A model generated the notes under the pieces. The model had not been told where the DNA came from, searched no databases, and saw only the letters and a program-made list of their open reading frames with translations. The position numbers were made by a program, and so were the translations under genes. A DNA stretch of 32,000 nt. Source: Synechococcus elongatus PCC 6301. GTDB lineage: Bacteria; Cyanobacteriota; Cyanobacteriia; Synechococcales; Synechococcaceae. Position 1 is the first letter of the stretch, and every line of letters starts with the position of its first letter. The stretch covers positions 2,100,001 through 2,132,000 of the forward strand of contig NC_006576.1 in assembly GCF_000010065.1 (NCBI RefSeq), written 5' to 3'. Of this stretch, positions 28,946-32,000 are shown piece after piece.

Positions 28946-30167
28946 TGGCGGGGTCAGTCGTCGGGTTTTCCTGCGCAACTTGGTCGTTGGTGCAGCTCTC
29001 GTGACGCTGACCAACTGTGCCCAACAGGCTCAACAACCCGATAGCCCAACCACGACTGGCAGTGGCAATTTAGAAAAAACGGATCTGAAGGTTGGCTTTA
29101 TCCCGATTACCTGCGCCACTCCGATCATCATGTCAGATCCCTTGGGCTTCTATCAGAAATATGGCTTGAAAGTCCAAGTTGTGAAGATGCCGAGCTGGGG
29201 GGCAGTTCGAGATTCTGCGATCGCAGGCGAATTGGATGCCTATCACATGCTGGCACCGATGCCGATCGCGATGACCTTGGGTCTTGGCTCAGCTCCCTTC
29301 AGTGTCAAGTTAGCCAGTATTGAAAATATTAACGGTCAGGCGATTACGGTTGCCAAACGTCACCTTGGCAAAGTCAAAGAAGCGAAAGACTTCAAAGGCT
29401 TTGTGATTGGGGTCCCCTTCCCCTTCTCAATGCATAACCTGCTGTTGCGCTACTATCTCGCTGCTGGTGGTTTGAATCCCGATACCGATGTCCAAATTCG
29501 GCCAGTTCCCCCGCCAGATAGTATTGCTCAGCTCGTCGCAGGTGATATCGATGCGATGCTGATGCCCGATCCCTTTAATCAGCGGGCAGTGTATGAAGAT
29601 GCTGGCTTTATTCATCTGTTAACTAAAGAAATTTGGAATGGTCATCCTTGCTGTGCATTTGCAGCAGGTGAGCCTTGGATTCAAGAAAATCCCAATACGT
29701 TCCGAGCGCTTAACAAAGCAATTATTGAAGCAACTGGTTATGCCAGTAAGGCCGAAAATCGTGCTGAGATTGCCAAGGCTATTTCTAGCCGTCAGTACTT
29801 AAATCAACCACCCGAAGTCGTGGAAGCTGTGCTGACCGGTAAGTTCCCCAATGGTCAAGGTCAAGAACTGGATGTTCCCGATCGCATTGACTTCAATCCC
29901 TACCCATGGCAGAGCTTTGCCAACTGGATTCAATCGCAGCTAGTGCGTTGGGATCTGGGTAAAGCTGCCGGTGTGATCCAGCCCGATCAGTACGACAAGA
30001 ACGGTCAGGCAATTTACCTGACGACTGAAGCACAAACCCTCGAGAAGGAAGTGGGCCTGCAGCCGCCGACTGAAATCTATCGGGAAGAAAAGCTCGCTTA
30101 CGACACCTTTAACCCGCAGGATCCAGTCGCTTACCTCGCATCTCAAAAGCAGAAATACGGGAGATAA
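28845..30167 (+). CDS. cynA: Cyanate/nitrite-type ABC transporter substrate-binding protein (NrtA/CmpA family)
   Basis: SRRVFLRNLVVGAALVTLTNCAQQAQQ lipoprotein-like/twin-Arg signal, KVGFIPITCATPIIMSDPLGFYQKYGLKVQVVKMPSW...LAPMPIAMTLG, adjacent to cynB/D/S. Start at 28845 has SD-like aggga; the track start is 28812. Confidence 0.88.
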   Translation: MLRALAAEAGGLDQAFAAAFGPQAGRFFSNIQASGGVSRRVFLRNLVVGAALVTLTNCAQQAQQPDSPTTTGSGNLEKTDLKVGFIPITCATPIIMSDPLGFYQKYGLKVQVVKMPSWGAVRDSAIAGELDAYHMLAPMPIAMTLGLGSAPFSVKLASIENINGQAITVAKRHLGKVKEAKDFKGFVIGVPFPFSMHNLLLRYYLAAGGLNPDTDVQIRPVPPPDSIAQLVAGDIDAMLMPDPFNQRAVYEDAGFIHLLTKEIWNGHPCCAFAAGEPWIQENPNTFRALNKAIIEATGYASKAENRAEIAKAISSRQYLNQPPEVVEAVLTGKFPNGQGQELDVPDRIDFNPYPWQSFANWIQSQLVRWDLGKAAGVIQPDQYDKNGQAIYLTTEAQTLEKEVGLQPPTEIYREEKLAYDTFNPQDPVAYLASQKQKYGR

Positions 30168-30176
30168 ACACAACTT

Positions 30177-30968
30177 ATGGTGAGAACTCCTGTACCGCTT
30201 TACCTACGTTGGGCGGTCTCCATCCTCAGCGTGCTTGCGTTCCTAGCCATTTGGCAAATTGCGGCAGCTTCAGGATTTTTAGGCAAAACTTTTCCTGGCT
30301 CCCTGCGCACTTTGCAGGATTTGTTTGGATGGCTTTCAGATCCCTTCTTTGATAACGGCCCCAATGACTTAGGGATTGGCTGGAACTTACTGATTAGTTT
30401 GCGTCGCGTTGCGATCGGCTACCTGCTGGCAACAGTTGTTGCAATTCCTTTGGGGATTGCAATCGGTATGTCGGCGCTAGCTTCCAGTATTTTTTCGCCC
30501 TTTGTGCAACTCCTGAAGCCAGTTTCACCTTTGGCCTGGTTGCCGATTGGTCTCTTCTTATTCCGAGATTCGGAATTGACGGGTGTTTTTGTCATCCTGA
30601 TTTCGAGTCTGTGGCCAACGTTGATCAACACAGCGTTTGGGGTGGCGAATGTCAATCCTGACTTTTTGAAGGTTTCGCAATCTTTGGGAGCTAGTCGTTG
30701 GCGCACGATTCTGAAGGTGATTCTGCCCGCAGCATTGCCCAGCATCATCGCGGGAATGCGGATCAGCATGGGCATTGCTTGGCTGGTCATTGTGGCAGCA
30801 GAGATGCTGTTGGGAACAGGAATTGGCTATTTCATTTGGAATGAGTGGAATAACCTATCACTTCCTAATATTTTCTCGGCCATCATCATCATTGGGATTG
30901 TTGGCATTCTTCTCGACCAAGGCTTCCGTTTTCTTGAGAACCAGTTTTCTTACGCAGGCAACCGATAA
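30177..30968 (+). CDS. cynB: Cyanate ABC transporter permease
   Basis: Binding-protein-dependent permease (NrtB/SsuC-like), SLGASRWRTILKVILPAALPSIIAGMRISMGIAWLVIVAAEML EAA loop. Confidence 0.93.
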   Translation: MVRTPVPLYLRWAVSILSVLAFLAIWQIAAASGFLGKTFPGSLRTLQDLFGWLSDPFFDNGPNDLGIGWNLLISLRRVAIGYLLATVVAIPLGIAIGMSALASSIFSPFVQLLKPVSPLAWLPIGLFLFRDSELTGVFVILISSLWPTLINTAFGVANVNPDFLKVSQSLGASRWRTILKVILPAALPSIIAGMRISMGIAWLVIVAAEMLLGTGIGYFIWNEWNNLSLPNIFSAIIIIGIVGILLDQGFRFLENQFSYAGNR

Positions 30969-30971
30969 CCC

Positions 30972-31841
30972 ATGATTTCTGAAGCTGTGCCAGCCAAGGA
31001 GGAGACAGGGCAGGCTCAATTGCTGATTGAGCAAGTTGGCAAAGTTTTTACTGTCAATTCACCTTCTCTCCTCGATCGCCTTCGACAGCGATCGCCCAAA
31101 CGCTACGTTGCATTAGAAGATGTCAACCTCACGATCGCGTCGAACACATTTGTCTCGATTATTGGCCCTTCGGGTTGTGGTAAATCAACCCTTCTCAACT
31201 TGATTGCTGGCCTTGATTTACCAACGTCTGGCCAGATTCTGCTGGATGGTCAACGCATTCGATCGCCGGGGCCCGATCGTGGCATCGTCTTCCAGAACTA
31301 TGCCCTGATGCCCTGGATGACCGCGCTTGAGAATGTCATCTTTGCAGTTGAAACGGCGCGCCCAAACCTGAGCAAATCCCAAGCTCGCGAAGTGGCACGA
31401 GAGCATCTAGAGCTGGTGGGTTTAACCAAAGCTGCCGATCGCTATCCGGGCCAAATTTCAGGGGGGATGAAACAGCGCGTAGCGATCGCCCGTGCCCTCT
31501 CCATCCGTCCTAAGCTCCTGCTGATGGATGAACCCTTTGGTGCCTTGGATGCCCTCACCCGTGGCTACCTCCAAGAAGAAGTGCTGCGGATTTGGGAAGC
31601 CAACAAACTGAGTGTGGTGCTCATCACTCACAGTATTGATGAAGCACTGCTGCTTTCCGATCGCATTGTGGTGATGTCTCGTGGGCCACGAGCCACTATT
31701 CGAGAAGTGATTGATTTACCAGCCGTTCGCCCTCGGCAACGGTCTGTGATCGAAGAAGATGAGCGCTTCGTCAAAATCAAATTGCGCCTTGAAGAACATT
31801 TGTTCAACGAGACGCGTGCAGTTGAAGAAGCCAGTGTTTAG
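30972..31841 (+). CDS. cynD: Cyanate ABC transporter ATP-binding protein
   Basis: Walker [18 protein letters not shown], signature [32 protein letters not shown]; 3 bp after cynB. Confidence 0.93.
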   Translation: MISEAVPAKEETGQAQLLIEQVGKVFTVNSPSLLDRLRQRSPKRYVALEDVNLTIASNTFVSIIGPSGCGKSTLLNLIAGLDLPTSGQILLDGQRIRSPGPDRGIVFQNYALMPWMTALENVIFAVETARPNLSKSQAREVAREHLELVGLTKAADRYPGQISGGMKQRVAIARALSIRPKLLLMDEPFGALDALTRGYLQEEVLRIWEANKLSVVLITHSIDEALLLSDRIVVMSRGPRATIREVIDLPAVRPRQRSVIEEDERFVKIKLRLEEHLFNETRAVEEASV

Positions 31842-31851
31842 GAGAATTCCA

Positions 31852-32000
31852 ATGACCTCAGCGATTACTGAACAACTTCTGAAAGCGAAAAAAGCAAAGG
31901 GAATTACCTTTACTGAGCTTGAGCAATTACTTGGACGGGATGAAGTCTGGATTGCGAGTGTGTTCTACCGTCAATCTACGGCTTCGCCTGAAGAGGCAGA
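31852..32000 (+). CDS. cynS: Cyanate hydratase (cyanase), N-terminal part, truncated by window end
   Basis: [49 protein letters not shown], typical cyanase N-terminus. SD taggag upstream. Confidence 0.95.
   Translation, partial: MTSAITEQLLKAKKAKGITFTELEQLLGRDEVWIASVFYRQSTASPEEA

Noticed and set aside
1-32000. Search for transposases, integrases, restriction-modification, toxin-antitoxin, prophage or defence genes
   Set aside because: No translated ORF carries recognisable signatures of these; gene content is housekeeping plus nitrogen/light acclimation genes.

Overview
This 32 kb window looks like an ordinary stretch of a unicellular cyanobacterial chromosome. I attribute it to the Synechococcus elongatus PCC 7942/6301 lineage because the NblA, SasA and TxlA proteins read as recalled from that lineage and because HIP1 (GCGATCGC) palindromes are dense throughout. 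Recognisable genes in order are: chlH (partial, - strand), dapB, a conserved membrane protein, an N-acetylmuramoyl-L-alanine amidase, a glyoxalase-like protein, glmM (-), a 59-aa membrane ORF missing from the ORF track (-), a soluble lytic transglycosylase, an AT-rich membrane protein plus a NIL/ferredoxin gene (-), txlA, nblA (-), a secreted protein, a zinc-ribbon membrane protein (-), an HDAC-family deacetylase, trpD, carA, a STAS protein, mini-RNase III, a TrmH/RlmB-type methyltransferase with a long repetitive RG-rich N-terminus, a DUF1816-like protein, gatA, an alpha/beta hydrolase, a GNAT protein, tRNA-Glu(UUC) (-), sasA (-), prs (-), a BioD/CobQ-like protein, a ROK sugar kinase (-), fmt, an ABC exporter (-), a hypothetical (-), and a cyanate uptake/degradation operon (small ORF, cynA, cynB, cynD, cynS start). 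I found no CRISPR array, transposon, prophage or defence island. The most interesting observations are: (1) a canonical NtcA-type promoter in front of a small Cys-containing ORF that overlaps cynA out of frame, which suggests a frameshifted or unusually coupled cynA N-terminus; (2) a 159-bp in-frame tandem repeat encoding an RG/DRGG-rich disordered tail on an rRNA methyltransferase; (3) palindromic elements upstream of nblA; (4) a hairpin with 9-bp arms between rlmB and the DUF1816-like gene; (5) an AT-rich orphan membrane gene coupled to a NIL-ferredoxin gene. I cannot support a claim of a wholly new biological system here.
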